A stretch of 64,000 nt of DNA from Acidimicrobiales bacterium (lineage in GTDB: Bacteria > Actinomycetota > Acidimicrobiia > Acidimicrobiales > AC-14). The notes beneath the pieces are model-generated. The model was not told the DNA's origin. It searched no databases and saw nothing but the letters and a program-made list of their open reading frames with translations. How positions within the stretch are numbered: the stretch's first letter is position 1; each line of letters opens with the position of its first letter. The stretch is taken from contig DATJHJ010000030.1 of the NCBI GenBank assembly GCA_035494015.1, positions 5,047 to 69,046 of the forward strand. Direction: 5' to 3'. Shown in pieces: positions 16,968 to 27,272 of this stretch. The translations under genes were made by a program, and so were the position numbers.

Positions 16968-17678
16968 TCCAGCCGACCCCACCGGTAGCGGACGAGGGTG
17001 CGGAGGGCCCGGACCCCGTCCCGCCAGTCGAACTTCCGCCCCTCGCTGGCGGGCCGGCCGGCGAACGACACCGGGACCTCGTAGATGCGGTAGCCGCGCC
17101 GGAGGACCTTGGCCGTGATCTCCGGCTCGAAGTCGAAGCGGTCGGACTCGATGGTGATGTCGTCCAGGACCTTGCGGGCGAACAGCTTGTAGCCGCACTC
17201 CATGTCGGAGAGGCTGGTGTTGTAGAGCAGGTTGGTGGTGAGCGACAGGAAGCGGTTGCCCACCCAGTCCGACGCCGGCATGCTCCCGCCCTCCCCGCTG
17301 AACCGGCTGCCGTAGACCACCTGCGACCGGCCCCGCAGGACCGGGCGAAGCAGGCGGGGCCAGTCCTCCGGGTCGTACTCGAGGTCGGCGTCCTGGATCA
17401 GCACGAGCTCGCCGCGGACGTGCTCGAGCCCGGTGCGGATCGCCGCCGCCTTGCCGAGGTTGGCCGGGTGGCGGACGACCTGGACGGTCGAGTCCTCGAG
17501 GGCGGTGAGGATCTGGGTCGTCCCGTCCGTCGACCCGTCGTCCACCACGACGATCTCCAGGTCGACGGGCAGCTCGACCCGCCGCATGCGCCGCAGCACC
17601 TCGGCCACGGTGTTGCGCTCGTTGTACACGGGCACGATGACGGAGAGCGTCCGGCCCTCCGGATCGCGCTGGTCCTCC

Positions 17679-17695
<17 letters not shown>
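16964..17695 (-). CDS. GT2 glycosyltransferase, polyprenyl-phosphate sugar synthase-like
   Basis: 243 aa. [25 protein letters not shown] and [14 protein letters not shown] 17686 is an alternative start. It overlaps the uxs stop by 8-17 nt. Confidence 0.8.
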
Positions 17696-18610
<915 letters not shown>

Positions 18611-18614
<4 letters not shown>

Positions 18615-19906
18615 CGGCCGACGCCCTCGTAGGCGAACCCGCGCCGGCGCAGGGCGGCCGGGTCGAGCAGGTTGCGGGCGTCGACCACCCGCCGCTGTTC
18701 CAACGCCGCGCCCACCTTGGCGAAGTCCAGCCGGCGGAACTCGTCCCACTCGGTGAGCACGACCAGGACGCCGGCACCCTCGCACACGCCGTAGGGGTCG
18801 GCCCCGAGCTCGATCCCCGCCAGCCGCGGGTCGGGGTCGTGGCCGGGCGCGGGGATGGGCACGGCGGGATCGTAGGCCCGCACGCGCCCGCCCCGGGCGA
18901 TGAGCCGCTGGAGGATCTCCAGCGCCGGCGACTGGCGCAGGTCGTCCGTCCGGGCCTTGAACGTCAGCCCCCACGCCGCCACCACCTGCCCGTCGACCGA
19001 CCCGCCCGCCATGCGCTCGACCTTGGCCACCACCCGCTCGAACTGCTCCTCGTTGACCTCCCGGACCCCCCGCAGCAGCCCGAAGTCGTAGCCCGCATCC
19101 TCGGCGATGCGAATCAGCGCGCTGGTGTCCTTCGGGAAGCACGAGCCGCCGTAGCCGGGACCGGGGCGGAGGAACTCGAAGCCGATGCGCTTGTCGTAGC
19201 CCATGCCGAGCAGGACGTCGCGGACGTCGGCGCCGACCGCCTCGCACACGTTGGCCACCGCGTTGGCGAAGGTGACCTTGGCGGCCAGGAAGGCGTTGGA
19301 GGCGTACTTGATCGTCTCCGCCGACGCGGGGTCGGTGACGATCACCGGCGCCTGCAAGGCGCTGAACAGCTTGGCCACCCGGGCGGCGGCGACCTGGTCG
19401 TCCGCGCCGACCACGATCCGATCGGGGTGCAGGCAGTCGTGCACCGCCGACCCCTCGCGCAGGAACTCGGGGTTGGAGACCACGCTCACGTCGTCGCGAC
19501 CGAGCACCTCCTCGACCACCCGGGTCGACCCCACCGGCACCGTCGACTTGTTGACCACCACGCTCTCCGGCGCCAGCAGGGGGCCGATCTCGGCCGCCGC
19601 AGACCGGATGTAGGACAGGTCGGCGGAACCGTCGTCGGACTGGGGCGTGGGCACGCACAGGTAGGCGAACTCGGCGTCGGTCACCGCCGCCGCCGCGCCC
19701 AGGACGAAGGTGAGCCGCCCGCCGTCGATGCCTTCCCGCACGAGCTCGGGCAGGCCGGCCTCCAGGATGGGGATCTCGCCCCGGGACAGGGCCTCGATCT
19801 TCTCGGGCACCACATCCGCGCAGACCACGCGGTGGCCGAGGTGGGCGAAGCACGCCGCGGTGGTCAGCCCGACGTACCCGGCGCCGATGACCGCGATGTT
19901 GCTCAT
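18611..19906 (-). CDS. ugd: UDP-glucose 6-dehydrogenase
   Basis: ATG 19906 ([14 protein letters not shown]), with NPEFLREG and [12 protein letters not shown] overlap with the rmlD stop. Confidence 0.9.
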
Positions 19907-20763
19907 GCCAGCGTCCCCGCCGCCACCAGCTCCTTGACCAGGCGCTCCAGGGGCTCGTGGTGGTCGGCCAGGAGGGCGATCCCTGACAGGCGCAGGGCGG
20001 CGTTGTCCAGCACGCTGTTGGCCGGGCGGGGGGCGGGGCGGGGCGGCCGCATCTCGGCGGTGGAGATCGGGGCGACCAGGTCGACGTCGAGCCCGGCGGC
20101 GGTCACCGCGTCCCGGGCGAACCGGTACCAGGTCGTCGCCCCCTGGTTGGTGACGTGGAACACGCCGGGCAGGCGGGCCACGACCAGGTGCCGGATCATG
20201 GCGGCCAGATCCTCGGCGAAGGTCGGGCACCCGTGCTGGTCGTCGACCACCCGCAGGGCCTCACCCTGGGCCGCCTTGGCCAGGATCGTCTTGACGAAGT
20301 TCCGGCCGTACCGGCCGCAGACCCACGACGTACGCACCACGGTGTCGCCCGGCAGCAGGACCAGCTCGCCGGCCAGCTTGGACCGGCCGTACACCGACAG
20401 GGGGTTGGTGGCGTCCCACTCCCGGTAGGGCGCGCCCGCCGTACCGTCGAAGACATAGTCGGTCGACACGTAGCAGACCCGGGCGCCCGTCAGCCGGGCC
20501 GCCTCGGCGACGTGGCGGGTCCCGAGGGCATTGACGGCGTAGGCCCGGTCGGGGTCGGTCTCGCACCCGTCGACGTTGGTGTACGCGGCGGCGTGGACGA
20601 CGACGTCGGGCGACGCGGCGGCGACGACCTGCATGACCTGGTCCCGGTCGGAGACGTCGAGGCCGTCCCGGACACACCCGACGACCTCGTCCCCGGCGCC
20701 CGCGCACACCTCGACCACCTCGCGCCCGAGCTGGCCGCCCGCCCCCGTGACCAGCACCCGCAT
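19903..20763 (-). CDS. rmlD: dTDP-4-dehydrorhamnose reductase
   Basis: ATG 20763 ([13 protein letters not shown]), with YGRSKLAGE and the RmlD-like length (286 aa). TGATG 1-nt overlap with the rmlB stop. Confidence 0.88.
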   Translation of the reverse strand: MRVLVTGAGGQLGREVVEVCAGAGDEVVGCVRDGLDVSDRDQVMQVVAAASPDVVVHAAAYTNVDGCETDPDRAYAVNALGTRHVAEAARLTGARVCYVSTDYVFDGTAGAPYREWDATNPLSVYGRSKLAGELVLLPGDTVVRTSWVCGRYGRNFVKTILAKAAQGEALRVVDDQHGCPTFAEDLAAMIRHLVVARLPGVFHVTNQGATTWYRFARDAVTAAGLDVDLVAPISTAEMRPPRPAPRPANSVLDNAALRLSGIALLADHHEPLERLVKELVAAGTLA

Positions 20764-21788
20764 CAGGAGGGTTCCGGCGTGCCCTGGGTGTCGTCCCAGG
20801 CCGTCTCCTCGACCGGGGCCCGGTCGCGGAGTGGCTCCCACCAGTCGCGGTTGGCCTCGTACCAGCGGACGGTGTCGGCTAGGCCCTGCTCGAAGGGGAC
20901 CTGCGGCTGCCAGCCCAGCTCGGTGCGGATCTTGGTCGAGTCCAGGAGGTAGCGGCGGTCGTGGCCCGGGCGGTCGGGCACGATGGTCTTGAGGTCGGCG
21001 GGCTTGCCGAGGGCCTCCAGCACGCCGTCGGCGATCTCCTCGATGCTGCGCTCCACGCCGCTGCCGACGTTGTACGTCTCGCCCACCCGGCCCCGTTCGA
21101 GCACCACTTCGATGGCCCGGCAGTGGTCCATGACGTGCAGCCACTCCCGCCGGTTCTTGGTGGAGGCGTACATGGGCAGGGCCTCGTCGTCGAGGGCCTT
21201 CACCGTGAACAGTGGGATGACCTTCTCCGGGAACTGGTAGGGCCCGTAGTTGTTGCAGCAGTTGGTGACGGTGACCGGGAGCTCGTAGGTCTCGTGATAG
21301 GCCCGCACGGCGTGGTCGGCGCCGGCCTTGGACGCGTTGTACGGCGTTCGGGGCCGGTAGGGCGACTCCTCGCTGAACGACTCGTCGGTGTCGAGGTCGA
21401 GGTCGCCGTAGACCTCGCAGGTCGAGATGTGGTGGAAGCGGGAGACGCCGGCCTGGCGGGCCGCCTCGAGCAGGGCTTGGGTGCCCAGGACGTTGGTGCG
21501 GAAGAACAGGGCGGGGTCGAGCACGGCCAGGCTGTTGTGGGACTCGGCGGCGAAGTTCACCACCACGTCCACCCGCTCGTCGCGAATGGTGTGCTCGGCG
21601 GTGGCCTGGTCGCCGATGTCGCCCCTGACGAAGGTGATGGCGTCCTCCAGGCCGGCCAGGTTGGCCCGGTTCCCGGCATAGGTCAGCAGGTCGTAGACCA
21701 CCACGTGGTCGTCGGGGTGGGCGTCCGACCAGTAGCGGACGAAGTTGGCGCCGATGAACCCGGCGCCGCCGGTGACGAGGAGTCTCAC
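20763..21788 (-). CDS. rmlB: dTDP-glucose 4,6-dehydratase
   Basis: GTG 21788 (VRLLVTGGAGFIGANFV), with STCEVYGD, YNASKAGADH and NNYGPYQFPEK. Confidence 0.9.
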   Translation of the reverse strand: MRLLVTGGAGFIGANFVRYWSDAHPDDHVVVYDLLTYAGNRANLAGLEDAITFVRGDIGDQATAEHTIRDERVDVVVNFAAESHNSLAVLDPALFFRTNVLGTQALLEAARQAGVSRFHHISTCEVYGDLDLDTDESFSEESPYRPRTPYNASKAGADHAVRAYHETYELPVTVTNCCNNYGPYQFPEKVIPLFTVKALDDEALPMYASTKNRREWLHVMDHCRAIEVVLERGRVGETYNVGSGVERSIEEIADGVLEALGKPADLKTIVPDRPGHDRRYLLDSTKIRTELGWQPQVPFEQGLADTVRWYEANRDWWEPLRDRAPVEETAWDDTQGTPEPS

Positions 21789-21835
21789 GCTCCAACGGTA
21801 GGGGACAGCGACGACGACCTGCGACTTGCCCCGTC

Positions 21836-23572
21836 CTAGCAGGGCGGCGGCGGCGCGCCCTTCGGCACCGGGACCGGCGTGATCTGTGACGCCAGCGTGG
21901 TGGTCGTGATCGTGGTCTGCGCCGATCCGGCGGCGCCGGCCGCGCCCGCCGCCTTGAGCCCGTTGTAGTCCGCTCCGACCACCAGGCTGACGTCGACCGC
22001 CTTCAGGGTGGCGTCCTCCTTGAGGGTCGGCGGGGTGGCCAGGGCGGCCTGCAGGAGCTGCGCCTTGGCCAGCTGGCCCGTCCCGTAGGTGATCGTGCTC
22101 TTGGCGGCCAGGGCGGGCGTGTCGCCCTTGTCGGCCACGACGAAACCGGCGCTGGTCAGCGAGGTGGCGACCTTGGCCGCGGCGCCCGGCGTGCCCACGC
22201 CGTTGAGGACCCGTACCCGCACGTCGCCAGGCCGAACCGCGCTCGCGGTGCCCGCCACCGTCGACGACGTCCCCGCCCGGGCGGTCGTGCTGGTGGTCGA
22301 GCCCACCCCGGCGATGGTCGTCGGGGCGGCGTCGATGGGGGCCCGGCCGTTGAGGAGGTCGATCATGGGCTGGGCCTGGGCGGTCTGGAGCTTGAGCACG
22401 GACTTGCCGTCGATGTCGGCCGGGTCCGTCGGCAGCGTCCGCAGCACGACCCGGTCGGGGTCCAGCGAGCTGAAGCGGCGGCCGAGGGCAGTGATGTCCT
22501 TGGTAGAGAGGGCGGAGTCGAAGGTGACGTCCTTGACGCCGATGCCGATGAGGCGGTTGAGCTGGATCGGGTTGGTGATGCCCGACGACAGCGCCTTCTT
22601 CATCATGCGCCGGATGAAGTCCTGCTGGCGCTCGATGCGGCCCAGGTCGGCGCGGCCGTCCTCCTGCCACGTCCCGTTGATCAGGAACTCCATCTTGCGG
22701 CTGCGGACCCACGCCAGGGCCTGCTGGCCGTTCAGGTCGAAGCAGCCGGCCTTGCCGATGTCGAGCCCGCTCCCCGAGTCGCGCACGGGGTAGGGCAGGT
22801 AGATGGTCACGCCGCCGACGGTCTCCACGATGTCCTTGAAGCCCACGAAGTCAACTTGGACGTAGTGGTTGATGGTGATGTTCAGGGCCCGTTGGATGGT
22901 GGCGACGAGCTGGTCGGGCCCGCCGAGGGCGAAGGCGGCGTTGACCCGGTCCGAGAAGTTGGTGTCGGCGATGGGCAGGTACAGGTCCCGCGGCACCGAG
23001 ACGATGGCCGCCTTCTCCGCCCTCGGGTCGATGTGGAGCACCATCATGGTGTCGCTGCGCTGGCCCCCGACCACGTCCTTCCCGAACCCGGTGGCGTCGG
23101 TCCCCTCCAGGTTGGCCCTGCTGTCCGAGCCGACGAGGAGGACGTTCATCACCGCGCCGGGCACGTCGTCGGCCAGGTTGGGAACGTCGACCCGCTTGAT
23201 CTGGCCCAGCCGGCTCTGCACATAGAGGGACACCACGCCGGCGAAGAACGTCGACAGGATGCCGAGAATGATGACGGCGATCAGGATCCGCCGGCGGCGG
23301 CGGCGCTGGCGGAGCACCTTCGCCCGCTGCGGCGAGACGGCCGCCGCGGGGCGGGCCGCGACCGCCGGTGTGGGACCCAGGGCGTGCACCACTCTCGGCG
23401 TCGCCGTCGCCGTGGACGCCCGGCGCAGGCGCCGGCGGCGGCTGCCGGCGCTGCCTCCGGTCTCGGCGTGGCCGTTCGGCGCCGCCAGGTCGTCGTCGTC
23501 ACCGGTGTGCTGGCCGGCCCGGGTGGCGGCGATCCGCACGCCCTCGGGCCCGATCGGGGGGCCGTCGGTCAA
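21836..23572 (-). CDS. LytR-CpsA-Psr (LCP) family glycopolymer transferase with C-terminal LytR_C domain
   Basis: 578 aa, TTG start. Arg-rich cytoplasmic tail and a TM (ILIAVIILGILSTFFAGVV). LCP core is NVLLVGSDSR...RSDTMMVLH...SVPRDL...IN. The C-terminal VRVRVLNGVGTPGAAAKV module is LytR_C-like. It occupies the Rv3267 position. Confidence 0.88.
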   Translation of the reverse strand: MTDGPPIGPEGVRIAATRAGQHTGDDDDLAAPNGHAETGGSAGSRRRRLRRASTATATPRVVHALGPTPAVAARPAAAVSPQRAKVLRQRRRRRRILIAVIILGILSTFFAGVVSLYVQSRLGQIKRVDVPNLADDVPGAVMNVLLVGSDSRANLEGTDATGFGKDVVGGQRSDTMMVLHIDPRAEKAAIVSVPRDLYLPIADTNFSDRVNAAFALGGPDQLVATIQRALNITINHYVQVDFVGFKDIVETVGGVTIYLPYPVRDSGSGLDIGKAGCFDLNGQQALAWVRSRKMEFLINGTWQEDGRADLGRIERQQDFIRRMMKKALSSGITNPIQLNRLIGIGVKDVTFDSALSTKDITALGRRFSSLDPDRVVLRTLPTDPADIDGKSVLKLQTAQAQPMIDLLNGRAPIDAAPTTIAGVGSTTSTTARAGTSSTVAGTASAVRPGDVRVRVLNGVGTPGAAAKVATSLTSAGFVVADKGDTPALAAKSTITYGTGQLAKAQLLQAALATPPTLKEDATLKAVDVSLVVGADYNGLKAAGAAGAAGSAQTTITTTTLASQITPVPVPKGAPPPPC

Positions 23573-23630
23573 ACGCGAGCTCCGCTCGTCGGCACGCTGC
23601 CGCAGAAGGCAAAGCTCATGACCTCTCCCG

Positions 23631-23636
23631 TAGGCT
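23631..23636 (+). promoter_or_regulatory. candidate -10 hexamer TAGGCT 7 nt upstream of the pabB GTG (leaderless-type)
   Basis: It fits the actinobacterial TANNNT -10. The identical hexamer lies 9 nt upstream of the start codons at 46136 and 58703. Confidence 0.3.
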
Positions 23637-23643
23637 CCATCCG

Positions 23644-24642
23644 GTGGACGTGGCCGTCGTGGGCGGATGCCTGCTGACCGGCCTTCGCGACGTCACGAAC
23701 GACATTACCGCCCTGGACGCCCGCGGTCACGGTCGGTGGGTGGTCGTCATGCCGTTCGACGGCCCGCCGACGTGCGCCCGCTTCGAGGACTGCCGCCCCG
23801 CTCCGGCGGTACCGATGGCGGCTCGGGCCGCCCCCGTCGCCGGCTGGCGCTCCAGCCTCGACGCCGAAGGGTTCGCCAAAGGGGTGGCCGCGGTGCGCGA
23901 GGCGGTCATGGCCGGGGAGGTGTACCAGGTCAACCTGTGCCGGCGGCTGACCACCTCGGCGCCCCTGCCGCCCGGGTTCGACGTGCTCGGGCTCGGGGCC
24001 GCGCTCGCCCGCGCCAACCCCGCCCCCTTCGCCGCCACCGTCGTGATCGACCGGATCGCCCTGGCCGTCGCGTCGGCGTCCCCCGAGTTGTTCCTCCGCC
24101 GGCGGGGGCGGATGGTGGAGACCCGGCCGATCAAGGGGACGGCCGCGGACGGGGTCGAGTTCCTCGACAAGGACCGGGCCGAGAACGTCATGATCGTCGA
24201 CCTCATGCGCAACGACCTCGGCCGGGTGTGCGAGTACGGGTCGGTGACCGTTCCCGCCCTCTGTCGCGAGGAGCGGCACCCCGGCCTCGTCCACCTGGTC
24301 AGCACCGTGCGGGGTGGGTTGCGGGCGGGGGTGGGCTGGGCCGAGCTGCTGGCCGCCACCTTCCCGCCCGGGTCGGTGACGGGTGCCCCCAAGCTGGCTG
24401 CCCTCGACGTCATCGCCCAGCTGGAGCCGGCGCGGCGCGGTATCTACTGCGGAGCCATCGGCTGGGTCGACGCCGAGACCGGCAACGGCGACCTCAACGT
24501 CGCCATCCGCACGTTTTGGACCGAGGACGGCCGCCTCCACCTCGGCACCGGGGCCGGCATCACCTGGGGCTCCACCGCCGAGGGCGAGTGGGACGAGACC
24601 GAGCTCAAGGCCCGCCGCCTGTTGGCGGTGGCCGGTCGGTGA
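23644..24642 (+). CDS. pabB: aminodeoxychorismate synthase component I (chorismate-binding enzyme, short form)
   Basis: GEVYQVNL, ASPELFL, TRPIKGT, ENVMIVDLMRND, PPGSVTGAPK, RGIYCGAIG. GTG 23644 is the first plausible start in frame; the upstream part of the track ORF is Arg-rich junk. Confidence 0.82.
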   Translation: MDVAVVGGCLLTGLRDVTNDITALDARGHGRWVVVMPFDGPPTCARFEDCRPAPAVPMAARAAPVAGWRSSLDAEGFAKGVAAVREAVMAGEVYQVNLCRRLTTSAPLPPGFDVLGLGAALARANPAPFAATVVIDRIALAVASASPELFLRRRGRMVETRPIKGTAADGVEFLDKDRAENVMIVDLMRNDLGRVCEYGSVTVPALCREERHPGLVHLVSTVRGGLRAGVGWAELLAATFPPGSVTGAPKLAALDVIAQLEPARRGIYCGAIGWVDAETGNGDLNVAIRTFWTEDGRLHLGTGAGITWGSTAEGEWDETELKARRLLAVAGR

Positions 24643-25466
24643 GTGTCGTCTGGATCGATGGGAGCCTGAAGGCCGCGGACGAGGCCAGGGTCTCCCCCTT
24701 CGACCACGGCCTGCTCACCGGCGACGGCGTGTTTGAGACGCTGCGGGTGACCCGGGGGGTCCCCTTCGCCGCTCGCCGCCACCACGACCGATTGGCCCGG
24801 TCCGCGACCGCCATGGGCCTGCCCGTCCCGCCAAGCGAGTTGGTGGGCGCCGCCCTGGCCGACGTGGTGGCCGCGAACCACCTGGTGGAGGGCCGGCTGC
24901 GGGTGACGCTGACCGGAGGGCCGGCGCCCCTCGGCTCGGACCGGGCCGACGTCGCGCCCACGCTGATCGTGGCCGGCGGCCCGCTGCCGAACTGGCCGGC
25001 GAGCGCCGACGTGGCCACCGTGCTGTGGCCCCGCAACGAGCGGGGCGCCCTGGCCGGGATCAAGACCATTTCCTACGGCGAGAACGTGATCGCCCTGGCC
25101 CGGGCCCGCCAGGCCGGGGCCGGCGAGGCCATCTTCGCCAATCTGGCCGGCAACCTGTGCGAAGGGACCGGGACCAACGTGTTCATCGGGACCGGCGGCC
25201 GGCTCGTCACGCCGCCCCTGTCGTCCGGGTGCCTGGCCGGGGTGACCCGGGAGCTGCTCCTGGAGGTCGCCGATATCGTCGAGGAGGACGTCCCGGCGGC
25301 CGCCCTCGCCACCGCCGACGAGGCGTTTCTCACCTCCAGCACCCGCGACGTCCAGCCCATCCGAAGGGTCGACGCGGGGAGCCTACCGGCGTGCCCGGGC
25401 CCGTTGACCGCGGCCGCGGCCTTCGCCTTCCGCCAATTGCTGGCCGCCGACGATCTCGACCCCTGA
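24639..25466 (+). CDS. pabC: class IV aminotransferase-fold protein, aminodeoxychorismate lyase-like
   Basis: GTG 24639 overlaps the pabB stop as GTGA. VSPFDHGLLTGDGVFETLR, IKTISYGENV and EGTGTNVF are class IV (PabC/IlvE) motifs. The pabC call rests on coupling to pabB. Confidence 0.75.
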   Translation: MSVVWIDGSLKAADEARVSPFDHGLLTGDGVFETLRVTRGVPFAARRHHDRLARSATAMGLPVPPSELVGAALADVVAANHLVEGRLRVTLTGGPAPLGSDRADVAPTLIVAGGPLPNWPASADVATVLWPRNERGALAGIKTISYGENVIALARARQAGAGEAIFANLAGNLCEGTGTNVFIGTGGRLVTPPLSSGCLAGVTRELLLEVADIVEEDVPAAALATADEAFLTSSTRDVQPIRRVDAGSLPACPGPLTAAAAFAFRQLLAADDLDP

Positions 25467-25490
25467 ACGAACGGGAACTAGCCTTCCCCG

Positions 25491-26336
25491 GTGCGTCAGT
25501 TCCGTCTGGTGTTGATCGTGCTGGTCTTGGCCGCGGCATCGGCGGCGTGCGGAGGGGGCGGGAGCAGTGACGACAGCGACGCCGCCGCCCCGGCGCCCAC
25601 CACGACGGCCCCGGCGGGGGCGACGACCGTCCCCGTGGCCACCAGTGGCGGGGGGACCACCGTCGCCGCCACCAACCTCAGCCTGCGCATCACCGACCTC
25701 CACCTGGCCAACTCGGAGGAGTCGGACAACGGGGTGCGGATCCTGCTGCCCGCCGGGGTCACCACCGCGTCGGTCAGCATCACCGGTCTCCCGTCGCCCA
25801 ACCGGGTGATCTCGGTCTGCCAGACCAACGACCTGGACAAGCGCCTGCCCACCGCGGTCTGCCGGATGCCGGCCCCCGGGGAGACCAGCACGGTCGCCCT
25901 CGGCAGCGGTGCCTCCGGCGTCGAGATCATGCAGGTCGGCGTGTCCGGGACCGGGCCGGCGGCCAACACCACGACCCTGAGCGACGTGACCATCCGCTAC
26001 GCGGCGTCGTCCCGGGAGTTCAGCGTCCGTCTCCCCCAGATCGAGGCCGGCGAGTCCGGCGGGCGGCCCACCTTCGCCCTCACCCCACCCGGTCCCGGCG
26101 GGTCATACCGGGCCACGCTCAACTGGACCGTGATCCAGGTGTTCGGCGGTACGCCCAGCACCGCCCAGGTCGAGCTGGTGCAGGGTGGGAACACCCTCAA
26201 CAAGGCGGCGGGGAGCGGCCTGGAGGTGCGGCTGACCGGCGACGTCCCCGCCCCCGTGGGCGACGTGGCCTTCCGGGTCCAGAACCTCGGCTCCTCGGCC
26301 CTGGTCAACCTCAAGCTGGCGGCGCTGCTGCCGTAG
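25491..26336 (+). CDS. hypothetical lipoprotein
   Basis: 281 aa. MRQFRLVLIVLVLAAASAACGGGGSS has a lipobox (AASAAC). No recognisable catalytic motif. Confidence 0.7.
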   Translation: MRQFRLVLIVLVLAAASAACGGGGSSDDSDAAAPAPTTTAPAGATTVPVATSGGGTTVAATNLSLRITDLHLANSEESDNGVRILLPAGVTTASVSITGLPSPNRVISVCQTNDLDKRLPTAVCRMPAPGETSTVALGSGASGVEIMQVGVSGTGPAANTTTLSDVTIRYAASSREFSVRLPQIEAGESGGRPTFALTPPGPGGSYRATLNWTVIQVFGGTPSTAQVELVQGGNTLNKAAGSGLEVRLTGDVPAPVGDVAFRVQNLGSSALVNLKLAALLP

Positions 26337-26340
26337 GGGG

Positions 26341-26676
26341 TCAGTGTTTGGCGGGCAGGGAGCGGGCGTAGGCCGTGCCCCGGTCCACCCACTTGGCCAG
26401 CTGCGCCTTCGTCCGCACGTCCTCGGTGTCGACGCGCAGCCAGCCGTTCATCGCCCGCCCGCGCATCTCCATGGGCCGGGCCTTCGTCGTCGACACCAGC
26501 CGTTCCGACTCCGCGGGGTCGACCCGCACCATGAGCCCGCCCTGGCCGCTGGCCGCCACCGCCATGTTGCCGCCGACCAGGAACGCCAGCCCCCCGAACA
26601 TCTTCTGCTCGGTCACCTCGACCCCGTCCGGCAGCAGGCCGCGGATGCGTTCCGCCAGCCGCTCGTCGTACGCCAC
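26341..26676 (-). CDS. TfoX N-terminal domain protein
   Basis: GTG 26676. AYDERLAERIR...KMFGGLAFLVGGNMAVAAS...LMVRV is typical of TfoX_N (about 111 aa). Confidence 0.7.
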   Translation of the reverse strand: MAYDERLAERIRGLLPDGVEVTEQKMFGGLAFLVGGNMAVAASGQGGLMVRVDPAESERLVSTTKARPMEMRGRAMNGWLRVDTEDVRTKAQLAKWVDRGTAYARSLPAKH

Positions 26677-26696
26677 CGTGAAATGGTAGCGACGGG

Positions 26697-27272
26697 CTAC
26701 GCCCGGGGGAAGGTCCACGACGTGGCCCCGCCGGGCTCGATCGTGGCCACCGCGGTGGCCCGGTGCGGCACCAGGCGGTAGACGGTCCAGGGCGGGGGGC
26801 CGGCGGACGGCGCGCTGAACTCGGCGGTCAGCGCCAGGCCGGTCTCGTCGACCTGGGCCGGCCAGCCGCCGGCCCGCCACACGTCGACGAGGGCGGCGAC
26901 CCGCGACGGGTCGGTCACCGGCGCCGCGGTACCTTCGATCACCAGGTCGAACTCCCGGGCGGACGTGCTCAGGGTGCAGCGGGGGTCGCGGGCCAGGTTC
27001 CGGCCCTTGCGGGTCCGCTCGCCGGTCTCGAACCAGATGCTCCCGTCCACCCAGAGCGCGCCGACGCCGGTGACATGCGGGCTGCCGTCCTGGTTGAGCG
27101 TGGCCAGCCAGCAGGTGTGCCGGTCGGGCCCACCGGACCCGGGAGCCTGGGTCAGCCCGGCCTCGAGTCGAGCGGCGATAGGGGCCCAGTCGAGCGCGGG
27201 CAGGCGATAGAGGTCGGCGAGGTTCTTGGCGTCCACCATGGTGGTTTGACGGTCCAGGCGGCCGGGGCTCAT
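26697..27272 (-). CDS. pyridoxamine 5'-phosphate oxidase-fold (PPOX/F420-type) protein
   Basis: ATG 27272 overlaps the ABC exporter stop as ATGA. TCWLATLNQDGSPHVTGVGALWVDGSIWFETGERTRKGRNLARDPRCTL is PPOX split-barrel-like. Confidence 0.7.
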   Translation of the reverse strand: MSPGRLDRQTTMVDAKNLADLYRLPALDWAPIAARLEAGLTQAPGSGGPDRHTCWLATLNQDGSPHVTGVGALWVDGSIWFETGERTRKGRNLARDPRCTLSTSAREFDLVIEGTAAPVTDPSRVAALVDVWRAGGWPAQVDETGLALTAEFSAPSAGPPPWTVYRLVPHRATAVATIEPGGATSWTFPRA

